From assembly GCA_017440755.1 (NCBI GenBank), contig JAFSGP010000012.1:2283-66282 (forward strand): 64,000 nt of DNA. Direction: 5' to 3'. This DNA is from Clostridia bacterium. Lineage in GTDB: Bacteria > Bacillota > Clostridia > Oscillospirales > Acutalibacteraceae. This document shows positions 15,839-24,645 of the stretch, in pieces. The notes under the pieces are model-generated. The model did not search any database, was not told where the DNA came from, and saw nothing but the letters and a program-made list of their open reading frames with translations. Position numbers and translations under genes: made by a program. Each line of letters starts with the position of its first letter. Position 1 is the first letter of the stretch.

Positions 15839-17452
15839 ATGAAACTACATTTTCTCGGCGCTGCCCACGAGGTAACGGGGTCCTGCACCCTGTTGCAGAC
15901 CAAAAATCACCGCATTCTGGTGGACTGCGGTATGGAGCAGGGCGCCGATATATACGAAAACCCCGCCCTGCCCGTCACGGCGGGGCAGATCGATGCGGTG
16001 CTGCTCACCCACGCCCACATCGACCATTCGGGGCGCATTCCCATGCTGGTGGCGCAGGGCTTTGACGGTCCTATTTTCACCACCGGCGCCACGGCGGCGC
16101 TGTGCCGGATTATGCTGATGGACTCCGCCCATATCCAGGAGTTTGAGGCGGAGTGGCGCAACCGCAAGGCAAAGCGCAACGGCGAGCCCGCCTACGAGCC
16201 GCTGTACACCGCCGAGGACGTACAGCGCACCCTGCCGCTGATCCAGCCCTGCGAGTACGGCAAGCCGTACTCTCTCTTTGACGACGTGACGGTGCAATTC
16301 ACCGATGCGGGGCACCTGCTTGGCTCCGCCAGCATCTCGGTGACCGTCACCGAGGACGGGGGGAGCGAGACCGTGCTGTTTTCGGGGGACCTTGGCAACG
16401 TGTCCCGCCCCCTCATTCGTGACCCCCAGACCCCTCCCGCCGCCGACTATGTGGTCATCGAGTCCACCTACGGCGACCGCCTCCACGGTGACCGCCCCGA
16501 CTACGTGGGGCATCTGAGCCGTGTGCTGCAGCGCACCTTTGACCGTGGCGGCAATGTGGTGATCCCCTCCTTTGCGGTGGGACGCACCCAGGAGCTATTG
16601 TACCTGCTGCGGGAGATTAAGAACCGTGGCTTGGTCACGGGACACGGGGATTTCCCCGTGTGGGTGGATAGCCCGCTGGCGGTGGAGGCCACCAACATCT
16701 ACAGCGGCGACCTTAAGGGCTACTACGACGAGGAGACGCTGGAGCTGCTGGCGCAGGGGGAGAACCCCATTCGCCTGTCGGGGCTGAACCTGTCCATCAC
16801 CAGCGACGATTCCCGCGCCATTAACTTCGATAAGACCCCCAAGGTGATTTTGTCTGCCTCGGGCATGTGCGAGGCGGGTCGTATTCGCCACCACCTGAAG
16901 CACAACCTGTGGCGGGAGGACTCCACCGTCCTCTTCGTGGGCTACCAGTCGGAGGGCACCGTGGGACGCAAGATTATCGACGGCGAGCCGTACGTCAAAC
17001 TCTTCGGCGAAGAGGTGCGGGTGCGTGCCCACATTGAAACCTTGGAGGGCATCAGCGGTCACGCCGACCGCGATATGCTGCTTGGGTGGCTGGGTCGCCT
17101 GCCGCAGAAGCCCACCCGTGTGTTCGTCAACCACGGCGGGGACGAGGTGTGCGACCATTTCGTCACCAGCATCAAGGAGACCTTGGGTCTGGACGCGGTG
17201 GCGCCCTACAACAATGCGCTGTACGATTTGGAGAGCGGGCTGTGTCTGGACGAGGGCATTACCACCCGCATCGTGAAGAAGCCGTCCACCTTCGGGCGCG
17301 CCAATGTGGCGGCATCGGCGGTGTTCCAGCGGTTGCTGGCGGCGGGTCGCCGTCTGCTCACCGTCATCGAGCACAATCGTGGCGGCGCCAACAAGGACTT
17401 GGCGAAGTTTGCCGACCAGGTCACCGAGCTGTGCAATAAGTGGGATCGATAG
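15839..17452 (+). CDS. MBL-fold metallo-hydrolase of the beta-CASP RNA-processing nuclease type
   Basis: LTHAHIDHSG (HxHxDH motif) with beta-CASP-like central and C-terminal regions (GISGHADRDML). 537 aa. Confidence 0.8.
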   Translation: MKLHFLGAAHEVTGSCTLLQTKNHRILVDCGMEQGADIYENPALPVTAGQIDAVLLTHAHIDHSGRIPMLVAQGFDGPIFTTGATAALCRIMLMDSAHIQEFEAEWRNRKAKRNGEPAYEPLYTAEDVQRTLPLIQPCEYGKPYSLFDDVTVQFTDAGHLLGSASISVTVTEDGGSETVLFSGDLGNVSRPLIRDPQTPPAADYVVIESTYGDRLHGDRPDYVGHLSRVLQRTFDRGGNVVIPSFAVGRTQELLYLLREIKNRGLVTGHGDFPVWVDSPLAVEATNIYSGDLKGYYDEETLELLAQGENPIRLSGLNLSITSDDSRAINFDKTPKVILSASGMCEAGRIRHHLKHNLWREDSTVLFVGYQSEGTVGRKIIDGEPYVKLFGEEVRVRAHIETLEGISGHADRDMLLGWLGRLPQKPTRVFVNHGGDEVCDHFVTSIKETLGLDAVAPYNNALYDLESGLCLDEGITTRIVKKPSTFGRANVAASAVFQRLLAAGRRLLTVIEHNRGGANKDLAKFADQVTELCNKWDR

Positions 17453-17463
17453 GAGGAAACCGT

Positions 17464-18387
17464 ATGGTATTTCATATTGCCGAGGGCAATCGGCGGCTGA
17501 CCGAGGACGCCGCCGCCTTCATTCGTGAGGCGGACGCCGCCTACGACGCTCGTCTGGAGGAGATTGCCGCCTATATCCGCGCCCACGCGGACACCTGTCC
17601 CGTTGTGCTGCTGTCGGGTCCCTCGGGGTCGGGCAAGACCACCACGGCAATGATGCTGGAGAAAAAGCTGGACACGTGGGGCTACGAAACCCACACCCTG
17701 TCGATGGACAACTATTTCCGCACCCTCACCCCCGAGCAGCACCGTCTGCTGGAGGAGGAAAAGCTGGATCTGGAGTCCCCCGAGCGGGTGGATATCCCCC
17801 TGCTTACCGCCCAGCTGCAGGATATCGTGGCAGGCAGGACGGTGCAGGTGCCCCGCTTTGACTTCCACGCTCACGCGCGGGCGGCGGACACCGTTCCCCT
17901 CACCCGCAAGCCGGGGGAGGTCGTTATTTTAGAGGGTATTCACGCCCTCAATCCCGCGGTGGTCACCCTGCCCGAGGAGCAGACGGTGCGGCTGTATGTC
18001 AGCGTGCGCACCCGCGTGGAGACGGCCGAGGGGCGGATTCTACACCCGATGTGGCTGCGCCTGTTGCGGCGCATGCTGCGGGATACCCTCTACCGCGGGC
18101 GGCAGCCTGCGGACACCCTGCAGATGTTTGCCAGCGTCCAGCGGGGGGAGGACGCCTACATTATGCCCTATAAGTACCGCTCCACCTTTGACGTGGACAC
18201 CTTCTGCCCCTACGAGGTGTACGTGTACCGCCGCTACCTGTGGGAGCAGCTGCAACCTCTGGCCCGCCACGCCGAGGTGGCGGGACTGCTGCCCGTGCTG
18301 GCGGAGGCACAGCCGCTGGATAAGGAGCTTGTCCCCGAAACCTCCCTTATCCGCGAGTTTATCGGCGACAGCGTGTATCATAAGTAA
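17464..18387 (+). CDS. P-loop nucleoside/uridine kinase-family protein
   Basis: LLSGPSGSGKTTTA Walker A. ATG lies 12 nt after the nuclease stop, behind a GGAGGA RBS. Confidence 0.7.
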   Translation: MVFHIAEGNRRLTEDAAAFIREADAAYDARLEEIAAYIRAHADTCPVVLLSGPSGSGKTTTAMMLEKKLDTWGYETHTLSMDNYFRTLTPEQHRLLEEEKLDLESPERVDIPLLTAQLQDIVAGRTVQVPRFDFHAHARAADTVPLTRKPGEVVILEGIHALNPAVVTLPEEQTVRLYVSVRTRVETAEGRILHPMWLRLLRRMLRDTLYRGRQPADTLQMFASVQRGEDAYIMPYKYRSTFDVDTFCPYEVYVYRRYLWEQLQPLARHAEVAGLLPVLAEAQPLDKELVPETSLIREFIGDSVYHK

Positions 18388-18426
18388 AAAGCAGAGCGAA
18401 GCCTCACGGCTTCGCTCTGCTTTTTA
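18386..18426. terminator. bidirectional terminator
   Basis: AAAAA-GCAGAGCGAAGCC-tcac-GGCTTCGCTCTGC-TTTTT. Confidence 0.65.
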
Positions 18427-18612
18427 TGCATTTTCTTCGTTTTCCATATCGTCCAAAGCGTATTTGCAGCATTGGAGCACCAACAGATTAAAGGAAATAT
18501 TGTTGTCTGTCGCTACCTGGTTCAACTGCTCGAACAGTGGCTCGGTAAACCGCACGGTACGAGGGATATTGGCACTTTTGAGATCTTTATTTACCTTAAA
18601 CATTTTCATCAC
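18424..18612 (-). CDS. ribbon-helix-helix (Arc/CopG-like) DNA-binding protein
   Basis: IPRTVRFTEPLFEQLNQVATDNNISFNLLVLQCCKYAL fits a beta-strand plus two helices RHH pattern. AT-rich. Confidence 0.6.
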   Translation of the reverse strand: MMKMFKVNKDLKSANIPRTVRFTEPLFEQLNQVATDNNISFNLLVLQCCKYALDDMENEENA

Positions 18613-18630
18613 CCAACTATAATTATGTTC

Positions 18631-18691
18631 ACTTTTGGTTGCATTTATATAACCAAAAGTGGTTGCATTTTTATAGGTGGTGTGCTATGAT
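18631..18691. promoter_or_regulatory. operator repeats and promoter between the RHH gene and a micro-ORF
   Basis: Inverted repeat ACTTTTGGTT-n10-AACCAAAAGT; direct repeats GGTTGCATTTWTATA x2. TTGCAT (18663-18668), 17-nt spacer, TGcTATGAT (18686-18691). Confidence 0.45.
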
Positions 18692-18711
18692 TAAAATGCG
18701 GAGGTGATTGG

Positions 18712-18882
18712 ATGAATTGTGAAAATTATTTTTGCGTATATCAGGAAAACGGCAGGTGTGTTCTGATGTCGGTAGATCTGGATGTGCAAGGGCGGTGCAA
18801 AGCCTGTATCTACCTGCCTATGGATGACAAAGTGAAAGACCTGAAGGCAGAGGTGCGAAGAAAATACAACGAAGAGGCTTGA
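18712..18882 (+). CDS. Cys-rich 56-aa protein (not in the ORF track)
   Basis: GGAGGTGA RBS then ATG 18712. Translation MNCENYFCVYQENGRCVLMSVDLDVQGRCKACIYLPMDDKVKDLKAEVRRKYNEEA, with TGA at 18880-18882 inside the terminator stem. Confidence 0.5.
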   Translation: MNCENYFCVYQENGRCVLMSVDLDVQGRCKACIYLPMDDKVKDLKAEVRRKYNEEA

Positions 18883-18913
18883 AGCAACCCGCTTCAAGCC
18901 TCTGCTTTATTTT
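18874..18913. terminator. bidirectional terminator
   Basis: GAGGCTTGAAGC-aaccc-GCTTCAAGCCTC followed by TGCTTTATTTT. Confidence 0.65.
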
Positions 18914-19818
18914 ATATTCTCTTTCGGGTTCAGCCAGCCCTGTCCCAGCACCTCGTCGGTGGACAGCAGCATAAAGAAGGCATCGGGGTCCACCTCGAAC
19001 ACCAGCCGCTTGAGGCGGAACACCTCGTCCCGACGGACGGCGCACAGAATCATCTGCTGGTCCTGCCCCGTAAAGGCACCGTTGGCACGCAGCAGGGTGG
19101 CACCCTGGTCCAGCCGTCCCGTAATGGCTTCGGTGAGCTCCGGCTGTTTCCGAGACAGAATCATCGCCATCTTGCCCCGCCGTCCGCCGTACACCAGCCA
19201 GTCGGTAATCTGGGAGGTGACGAACACCAGCACCACGGCGAACATCGGGCTTTCCAGCTGTCTGTAAACCAAAGCGGACAGGGCGATGATGACGCCGTCC
19301 ACCAGCAGCATCAGCTTGCCGATGGGAATGTGGGGGCGTTTTTTCTCCAGCAGGCGGGCGATGATTTCGGTGCCGCCGGTGGAGCCGCCACGGTTGAGGA
19401 ACAGACCCACGCCGATGCCCATCAACACACCGCCGAACAGGGACGCCAGCATCACGTTGTCGGTGAAATCGGGAATCAGCGGCTCCAGCACGTCAATAAA
19501 GGTATTGGTCAGCAGGGTAGCGACCACCGTGCGTATGGCCATTCGCCGTCCCAACCCCACCCACGCTAAGATGAGCAGGGGAATATTGATGCAGGTGGAG
19601 GTCAGACCGATGGGCAGCTCGAAGGGCAGCCCCCACTGCACGCTCAGGTAGTTGAGCATGGTGGCAATACCCGTTACACCGCCGGGGGCTAAATTGTTGG
19701 GGGCGGTGAACATCACGATAGCAATGGAAAAGGTGATGGCGCCGCCGAGAAACATAATCGCGTCCAGTAAAAGGGGCTTCCAGTGAATTTTCAACGAAAA
19801 TTTGTCAGCCGATTTCAT
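18907..19818 (-). CDS. YitT-family membrane protein (DUF2179 C-terminal domain)
   Basis: Multi-TM N-terminal part with GGVTGIATMLNY and GGSTGGTEIIARLL, then a soluble C-terminal domain. Confidence 0.8.
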   Translation of the reverse strand: MKSADKFSLKIHWKPLLLDAIMFLGGAITFSIAIVMFTAPNNLAPGGVTGIATMLNYLSVQWGLPFELPIGLTSTCINIPLLILAWVGLGRRMAIRTVVATLLTNTFIDVLEPLIPDFTDNVMLASLFGGVLMGIGVGLFLNRGGSTGGTEIIARLLEKKRPHIPIGKLMLLVDGVIIALSALVYRQLESPMFAVVLVFVTSQITDWLVYGGRRGKMAMILSRKQPELTEAITGRLDQGATLLRANGAFTGQDQQMILCAVRRDEVFRLKRLVFEVDPDAFFMLLSTDEVLGQGWLNPKENIK

Positions 19819-19822
19819 TCGA

Positions 19823-20206
19823 TTACTCCTCCATACACAGGGCGAACAGCTCCCGCACGCGGTCGATGCGCCCCGCTAAATATAAGTACCCGAATAGTGC
19901 CTCCAAGCCGGTGGCACGATGATAGTCTGCGCCGGTGCGGGTGGAATGGGCGTTGCGCCCCCGCTTAAACACCGCCTCTTCCTCCTCGGTGAGGTGGGGG
20001 AGCAGGCGGTCCATGGCGGCGGCCTGTGCCTCCGCCCGCACGTCCCGTACCGACTGGCTGTGCAGCTCGTTCACGGGGCGGTTCGCCTGACTGAGCAGCC
20101 GCTCTCGCACCAACAGGCTGTACACCCCGTCCCCCACAAAGGCCAGCGCCAGCGGGCTGAGGGTGTGCAGGTCAATGTCCTGAGGGTATAATCTTTCCAT
20201 TCTCAT
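19823..20206 (-). CDS. mrnC: Mini-ribonuclease 3
   Basis: LSPLALAFVGDGVYSLLVRERL is an RNase III-like signature. About 125 aa. The second ATG (20200) has better RBS spacing. Confidence 0.8.
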   Translation of the reverse strand: MRMERLYPQDIDLHTLSPLALAFVGDGVYSLLVRERLLSQANRPVNELHSQSVRDVRAEAQAAAMDRLLPHLTEEEEAVFKRGRNAHSTRTGADYHRATGLEALFGYLYLAGRIDRVRELFALCMEE

Positions 20207-20215
20207 ACCCTCCGT

Positions 20216-21487
20216 TTACTCGACAAAGTCGAATTCAAAATCATAGATGCTGACGGTGTCCCCCTCGTGACAGCCGGCGGCTATCAGCGCGTCGATGACA
20301 CCTGCGCCCTGCAGCACCCGCTCGAAGTACTGCAGCCCGTCGGGGTCGTCAAAGCGAATGCCTCGCATCACGCGGAACAGCCACTGAGCCTCCACGAAGT
20401 ACACGCCGTCCCGATTGGTAATCTGCACCGAGCGGTCGCGGAGCTCCTCCACTGTGGGCAGCACCTCAGGCTCCGCCTCAAAGCGGCGAATGGGGGGCAG
20501 CTGGCTGAGCAGAGCGGCGCACCGCTTTGCAAGCTCGTCGGTGCCGTGGGCGATGGGCGCCATCAGCGGGAAATACTCGTATCCCCGCTCTTTCATGGCG
20601 GCTTCAAAGGTGGCCAGCTGCTCGTCGGTGGCCAGGTCGCACTTGTTGCCCGCCACAATCATCGGGCGGGACGCCAGCTCGGGGTTGAATTTCTCTAATT
20701 CCTCGTTGATGGTGTCAAAATCCGCCAGCGGGTCGCGCCCCTCGCTGCCCGCCACGTCTACCACATGCACCAGCAGGCGGCAACGCTCTACATGCCGCAG
20801 GAAGGCATGCCCTAAGCCCACGCCCTCGCTGGCGCCCTCGATAACACCGGGGATATCCGCCATTACGAAGGATACGCCCGGCAGAGGACGCACCACGCCC
20901 AGAACGGGGGTGATGGTGGTGAAATGGTAGTTGGCGATTTCCGGCTTTGCCTCGCTGACCACCGAGATGAGGGTGGATTTTCCCACGTTGGGGAAGCCCA
21001 CCAGACCCACGTCCGCCAGCAGTTTCAGCTCCAGACGCAACTCGTACTCCTCACCGGGCACACCCGGCTTGGAGAAGCGGGGCACCTGACGGGTGGCGGT
21101 GGCAAAGTGGCTGTTGCCCCAACCGCCGCGTCCGCCCTTAGCGGCCACGAAGGGCTCGTCCCCCGACATATCCGCCATCAGGCGACCCGTCTCGTTATCG
21201 TAGATGAGGGTACCCCGCGGCACCTTGATGATACAGTCCTCGCCGCCACGACCGAAACAGCGGTTGGCGGCACCGTTGCCGCCATTGGGAGCGGTGTATT
21301 TCCGCTGATAGCGGAAGTCGGACAGGGTGTTCATGCCGTCGTCGGGCTGGAACACGATGCTGCCGCCGCGCCCGCCGTCGCCGCCGTCGGGACCGCCTGC
21401 CGCCACGTATTTTTCGCGGTGGAAGGACACGGCACCGTCGCCGCCGTTGCCCGCCTTCACCTTGATGATGGCCTTATCCACAAACAT
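20216..21487 (-). CDS. obg: GTPase Obg/CgtA
   Basis: MFVDKAIIKVKAGNGGDGAVSFHREKY, the G-domain motif GFPNVGKST, and a C-terminal OCT domain. Confidence 0.95.
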   Translation of the reverse strand: MFVDKAIIKVKAGNGGDGAVSFHREKYVAAGGPDGGDGGRGGSIVFQPDDGMNTLSDFRYQRKYTAPNGGNGAANRCFGRGGEDCIIKVPRGTLIYDNETGRLMADMSGDEPFVAAKGGRGGWGNSHFATATRQVPRFSKPGVPGEEYELRLELKLLADVGLVGFPNVGKSTLISVVSEAKPEIANYHFTTITPVLGVVRPLPGVSFVMADIPGVIEGASEGVGLGHAFLRHVERCRLLVHVVDVAGSEGRDPLADFDTINEELEKFNPELASRPMIVAGNKCDLATDEQLATFEAAMKERGYEYFPLMAPIAHGTDELAKRCAALLSQLPPIRRFEAEPEVLPTVEELRDRSVQITNRDGVYFVEAQWLFRVMRGIRFDDPDGLQYFERVLQGAGVIDALIAAGCHEGDTVSIYDFEFDFVE

Positions 21488-21543
21488 GGGGAGTATCCCC
21501 CTTTCTCAAAATAGGATATACAATACCGCCCGTTTTATACGGA

Positions 21544-21583
21544 CAGACAAAATGCCTGCCGTGGGGTTCCACGGCAGGCATTT
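21544..21583 (-). terminator. intrinsic terminator after rpmA
   Basis: ATGCCTGCCGTGG-aacc-CCACGGCAGGCAT followed by TTTTGT on the minus strand. Confidence 0.6.
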
Positions 21584-21588
21584 CGGCA

Positions 21589-21870
21589 TTACTGCTTCTC
21601 GTAGACGCTGACACGCTTACGGTCCTTGCCCATACGCTCGAACCGCACCACGCCGTCGGCCTTGGCGAACAGGGTATCGTCAGAACCGATGCCCACGTTC
21701 GTGCCGGGGTGGATATGAGTGCCACGCTGCCGCACCAGAATGTTGCCGGCCAGCACGAACTGACCGTCAGCGCGCTTGACGCCCAGACGCTTGGACTCAG
21801 AGTCACGACCGTTCTTGGTGGAGCCAACGCCCTTCTTGTGGGCGAACAGCTGGATGTTCAATCTTAACAT
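21589..21870 (-). CDS. rpmA: 50S ribosomal protein L27 (with cleavable N-terminal extension)
   Basis: [30 protein letters not shown]. Confidence 0.95.
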   Translation of the reverse strand: MLRLNIQLFAHKKGVGSTKNGRDSESKRLGVKRADGQFVLAGNILVRQRGTHIHPGTNVGIGSDDTLFAKADGVVRFERMGKDRKRVSVYEKQ

Positions 21871-21873
21871 AGG

Positions 21874-22188
21874 TTACACCTCCGTATTCATTAGCTGTAT
21901 CCTCTCGGGATACTCTTCTTGCAGTGCCTGGATATGAAGTCGAAAACCGGCTAAAACGGCTTGACAGGCGGTGATATCGCCGGTGACCTGCAGGGACAGG
22001 AGTCCCTCGTCCACCACGATGTCCGCGGGCTGACACAGAATATCGGTCACGGTGTTGGCGGTCATATAGGTGGCGGAGGAAACCGCGGCACACACAATGT
22101 CCTGCCCATATTCACCGGCGCCGGCGTGGCCGGAAACCGAAAATCCGCTCAGCAGACCGTCAGCGGTCATAAACCGAACCCGAATCAT
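21874..22188 (-). CDS. prp: ribosomal-processing cysteine protease Prp
   Basis: About 104 aa between rplU and rpmA. Motifs GHAG...DIVCAAVS. Confidence 0.85.
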   Translation of the reverse strand: MIRVRFMTADGLLSGFSVSGHAGAGEYGQDIVCAAVSSATYMTANTVTDILCQPADIVVDEGLLSLQVTGDITACQAVLAGFRLHIQALQEEYPERIQLMNTEV

Positions 22189-22190
22189 AC

Positions 22191-22502
22191 TTAGGCGTTG
22201 ATGGTGTCGATCTGCACCTTGGTGTAGGGCTGACGATGGCCCATCTTGCGGGCGCTGCCCTTCTTGGGCTTGTAGGTGAAGACGGTAATCTTCTTGCCCT
22301 TGCCGTTCTTCAGCACGTGGGCGGTAACCGTAGCGCCGTCCACATAGGGGGCACCTACCTTCAGCTCTGCATCGTCGTGCAGGGCAATCACCTTGTCGAA
22401 GGTGACGGAGGCTTCTTCGGCTGCATCCAGCTTTTCAATGAACAGAGTGTCGCCATTCTGCACCTTGTACTGCTTGCCGCCGGTCTCAATGATCGCGTAC
22501 AT
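22191..22502 (-). CDS. rplU: 50S ribosomal protein L21
   Basis: [25 protein letters not shown]. Confidence 0.95.
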   Translation of the reverse strand: MYAIIETGGKQYKVQNGDTLFIEKLDAAEEASVTFDKVIALHDDAELKVGAPYVDGATVTAHVLKNGKGKKITVFTYKPKKGSARKMGHRQPYTKVQIDTINA

Positions 22503-22627
22503 TGGCTGTACCTGCCTTTTCTATAGACTCGCTGTTCGGGGCGGAGGGAGTCCTCGCTTATTCGCTCAAAAGAGCGCCCGTTACAAGCGGCAACAGCCAT
22601 TTTAGCATACAAATGAGCCGCTGTCAA
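22503..22627 (-). promoter_or_regulatory. rplU promoter and about 95-nt leader (possible L21-leader type element)
   Basis: On the minus strand: TTGACA (22627-22622), 17-nt spacer, TAAAAT (22604-22599), then a structured leader. The leader-family assignment was not verified. Confidence 0.4.
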
Positions 22628-22745
22628 CCGTTTTTTACAAACTTTTCTTACTGTTTTTTTGCTTTGGTGCTTGTGCATTTTTCCGCGTGGGTGTATAATG
22701 GGGAAAAAGGTACCCATTTGACGAAAAGAAACGGAGATTGTAGTT

Positions 22746-23723
22746 ATGGCAAAGCATTATGCAGGACGTCAGCCGAAATTCACAGGGGGCGAGGGCGGCT
22801 TTCGCGCACTTATCCCGCTAATCTTGGTTATTGTGGCGGCGATTGGCTTGTTGGTGGCTATTTTGGTGCTGCCGATGGGGCGGGCCCCTTGGGCGGAGCC
22901 GCCGATGGAGTCTTCCGCTCCCACCACGACCACCACGGCGCCCTCCACCACAACCACCACAACCACCACGACCACCACCGCCTCTACCACCACCACGACC
23001 ACCACGGCGGCAACCACCACGACTACCCGTCCCGCCGCGGACGGACTGTCGCTGGACGCTGACGGCATGCTGCAGTTTGCCACCGACGGGCGGTACGTGC
23101 AGGCGAGCAGCTATGGCGCAGGGGAGGCGGTTCCGTGGAATTTGGTGCTGGTTAACGACTGGAATCCCCTGCCCGCCACCTATGAGGCGAATACCAAGTA
23201 TGAGCAGGTGCATATCTACTATCGTCGGTACGACGCGATGCAGGTCAACAGTCAGATGCAGGAGAGCCTCAACGCAATGATGGCAGCGGGACGTGCCGCC
23301 GGGATAAAGGACCTGGCGGTGCAGTCCGGCTACCGTTCCGTATCCACGCAGGACCGTCTGTACTGGGCAGAGGTGCGGGAGCACCGCGTCAACTATTCCG
23401 ACGAGATTGCGGCGCAGAAATCGGCAGGCACGGTGGTGAAGCGTCCCGGCTACAGTGAGCATCACACCGGTCTGGCGGTGGACGTGGGCGGCAACGGCAA
23501 CTTCAACCTGAATCAGGATTTTGAAAACACCGAGGCTTTCAAATGGCTGTCCACCCACTGCCACGAGTACGGATTTATCCTCCGCTTTCCTAAGGATAAA
23601 GAGGAGATTACCGGTGTAATCTACGAGCCTTGGCACTACCGCTACGTGGGTGTGGAGGCGGCCACCGCCATTATGCAGGGGGGTCTTTGTCTGGAGGAAT
23701 ATCTGCAGCAGAATGGTATCTGA
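22746..23723 (+). CDS. D-alanyl-D-alanine carboxypeptidase, peptidase M15B (VanY-like), membrane-anchored
   Basis: N-terminal TM and Thr-rich linker. Motifs YRSVSTQDRLY, SEHHTGLAVD and EPWHYRYVG. Confidence 0.8.
   Translation: MAKHYAGRQPKFTGGEGGFRALIPLILVIVAAIGLLVAILVLPMGRAPWAEPPMESSAPTTTTTAPSTTTTTTTTTTTASTTTTTTTAATTTTTRPAADGLSLDADGMLQFATDGRYVQASSYGAGEAVPWNLVLVNDWNPLPATYEANTKYEQVHIYYRRYDAMQVNSQMQESLNAMMAAGRAAGIKDLAVQSGYRSVSTQDRLYWAEVREHRVNYSDEIAAQKSAGTVVKRPGYSEHHTGLAVDVGGNGNFNLNQDFENTEAFKWLSTHCHEYGFILRFPKDKEEITGVIYEPWHYRYVGVEAATAIMQGGLCLEEYLQQNGI
22918..23027 (+). repeat. ACC/ACG-rich low-complexity tract encoding a poly-Thr linker
   Basis: Encodes APTTTTTAPSTTTTTTTTTTTASTTTTTTTAATTTTT within the VanY-like CDS. 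Confidence 0.7.
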
Positions 23724-23757
23724 TACAGGCCTGCTGACAGAAATTTGCAAAAAATCA

Positions 23758-23786
23758 TTGACAAAACCGTCATTTCCGCATAATAT
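23758..23786 (+). promoter_or_regulatory. putative acpP promoter
   Basis: TTGACA, 17-nt spacer, TAATAT. Confidence 0.55.
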
Positions 23787-23834
23787 GAAAGGGCGGAGGC
23801 AACTCCCAATACATCACAGAAAGGTGAACGAAGT

Positions 23835-24065
23835 ATGGTATTAGAAAAAGTAATCGAGATTCTCAGCTCCCAGTTTGACGTAGACGCTGAGACCATCACC
23901 GCTGACACGAATATCGTAGACGATCTGGGTGCAGATTCCCTGGATTTGGTTGATATGCTTATGTCCCTGGAGGACGAGTTCAACATCGGTGAGGTACCGG
24001 ACGAGATGGTGGAGAAGATTCGCACCGTCGGCCAGCTGGTAACCTACATCGAGGAGAATATCTAA
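23835..24065 (+). CDS. acpP: acyl carrier protein
   Basis: DLGADSLDLVDMLMSLEDEF (DSL phosphopantetheine site). 76 aa. Confidence 0.9.
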   Translation: MVLEKVIEILSSQFDVDAETITADTNIVDDLGADSLDLVDMLMSLEDEFNIGEVPDEMVEKIRTVGQLVTYIEENI

Positions 24066-24076
24066 TTAACAAGCTA

Positions 24077-24108
24077 ACGGGGCAGAGGTTACCTCTGCCC
24101 CGTTTTTC
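24077..24108 (+). terminator. intrinsic terminator
   Basis: ACGGGGCAGAGGT-t-ACCTCTGCCCCGT followed by TTTTT. Confidence 0.7.
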
Positions 24109-24127
24109 CGTAGAGGAGGGAAGACAG

Positions 24128-24577
24128 ATGACGGACGTTTCGGTCATACCAATGACCGCGGCGCATATCGAGACGGTTGCCTGTCTGGAGCAGGCGTGCT
24201 TTTCTGCGCCTTGGTCGGCGGCCTCTCTGGCGGAGGAGCTGGAAAATCCTCTCGCGGTGTTTCGGGTCGCGGTGGACGGGGACGGACAGATTCTGGGATA
24301 TATGGGAATGCACCACGTGGGGGACGAGGGCTTCGTCACCAACGTAGCGGTGTTTCCCGCCGCCCGCCGCAGGGGTGTGGCGGCGGCGTTGCTCGCCCAT
24401 ATGGCGGACTATGCCGCGGCGCACCGCCTGTACCGCATCACCTTGGAGGTGCGCCTGTCCAACACCGCCGCCATTGCCCTGTATGAGGGAGCGGGCTACG
24501 TCCGCGACGGGGTGCGCCCTGCCTTTTACCGCAATCCTACCGAGGACGCGGCGATTTATTCGCGGTACTTTCAGTAG
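24128..24577 (+). CDS. rimI: ribosomal-protein-alanine N-acetyltransferase (GNAT)
   Basis: GNAT motif ARRRGVAAALL. Lies immediately upstream of tsaD, as in many Firmicutes. Confidence 0.75.
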   Translation: MTDVSVIPMTAAHIETVACLEQACFSAPWSAASLAEELENPLAVFRVAVDGDGQILGYMGMHHVGDEGFVTNVAVFPAARRRGVAAALLAHMADYAAAHRLYRITLEVRLSNTAAIALYEGAGYVRDGVRPAFYRNPTEDAAIYSRYFQ

Positions 24578-24598
24578 GGGAGGGGCTTGCCCCTCCCG
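24574..24598. repeat. single REP-like unit
   Basis: GTAG-GGGAGGGGCTTGCCCCTCCC. The TAG of GTAG is the rimI stop codon. Confidence 0.6.
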
Positions 24599-24645
24599 CC
24601 CTTGTGGTTAACACCCACAAAAACCTCAGTAAGGAGTTAGTTTAT

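Noticed and set aside
22769-23750. ORFs 22769..23083, 22818..23750 and 22831..23280 with poly-Val or Pro/Arg/Gly runs
   Set aside because: These are alternative-frame or antisense readings of the ACC-repeat (poly-Thr) tract of the VanY-like gene.
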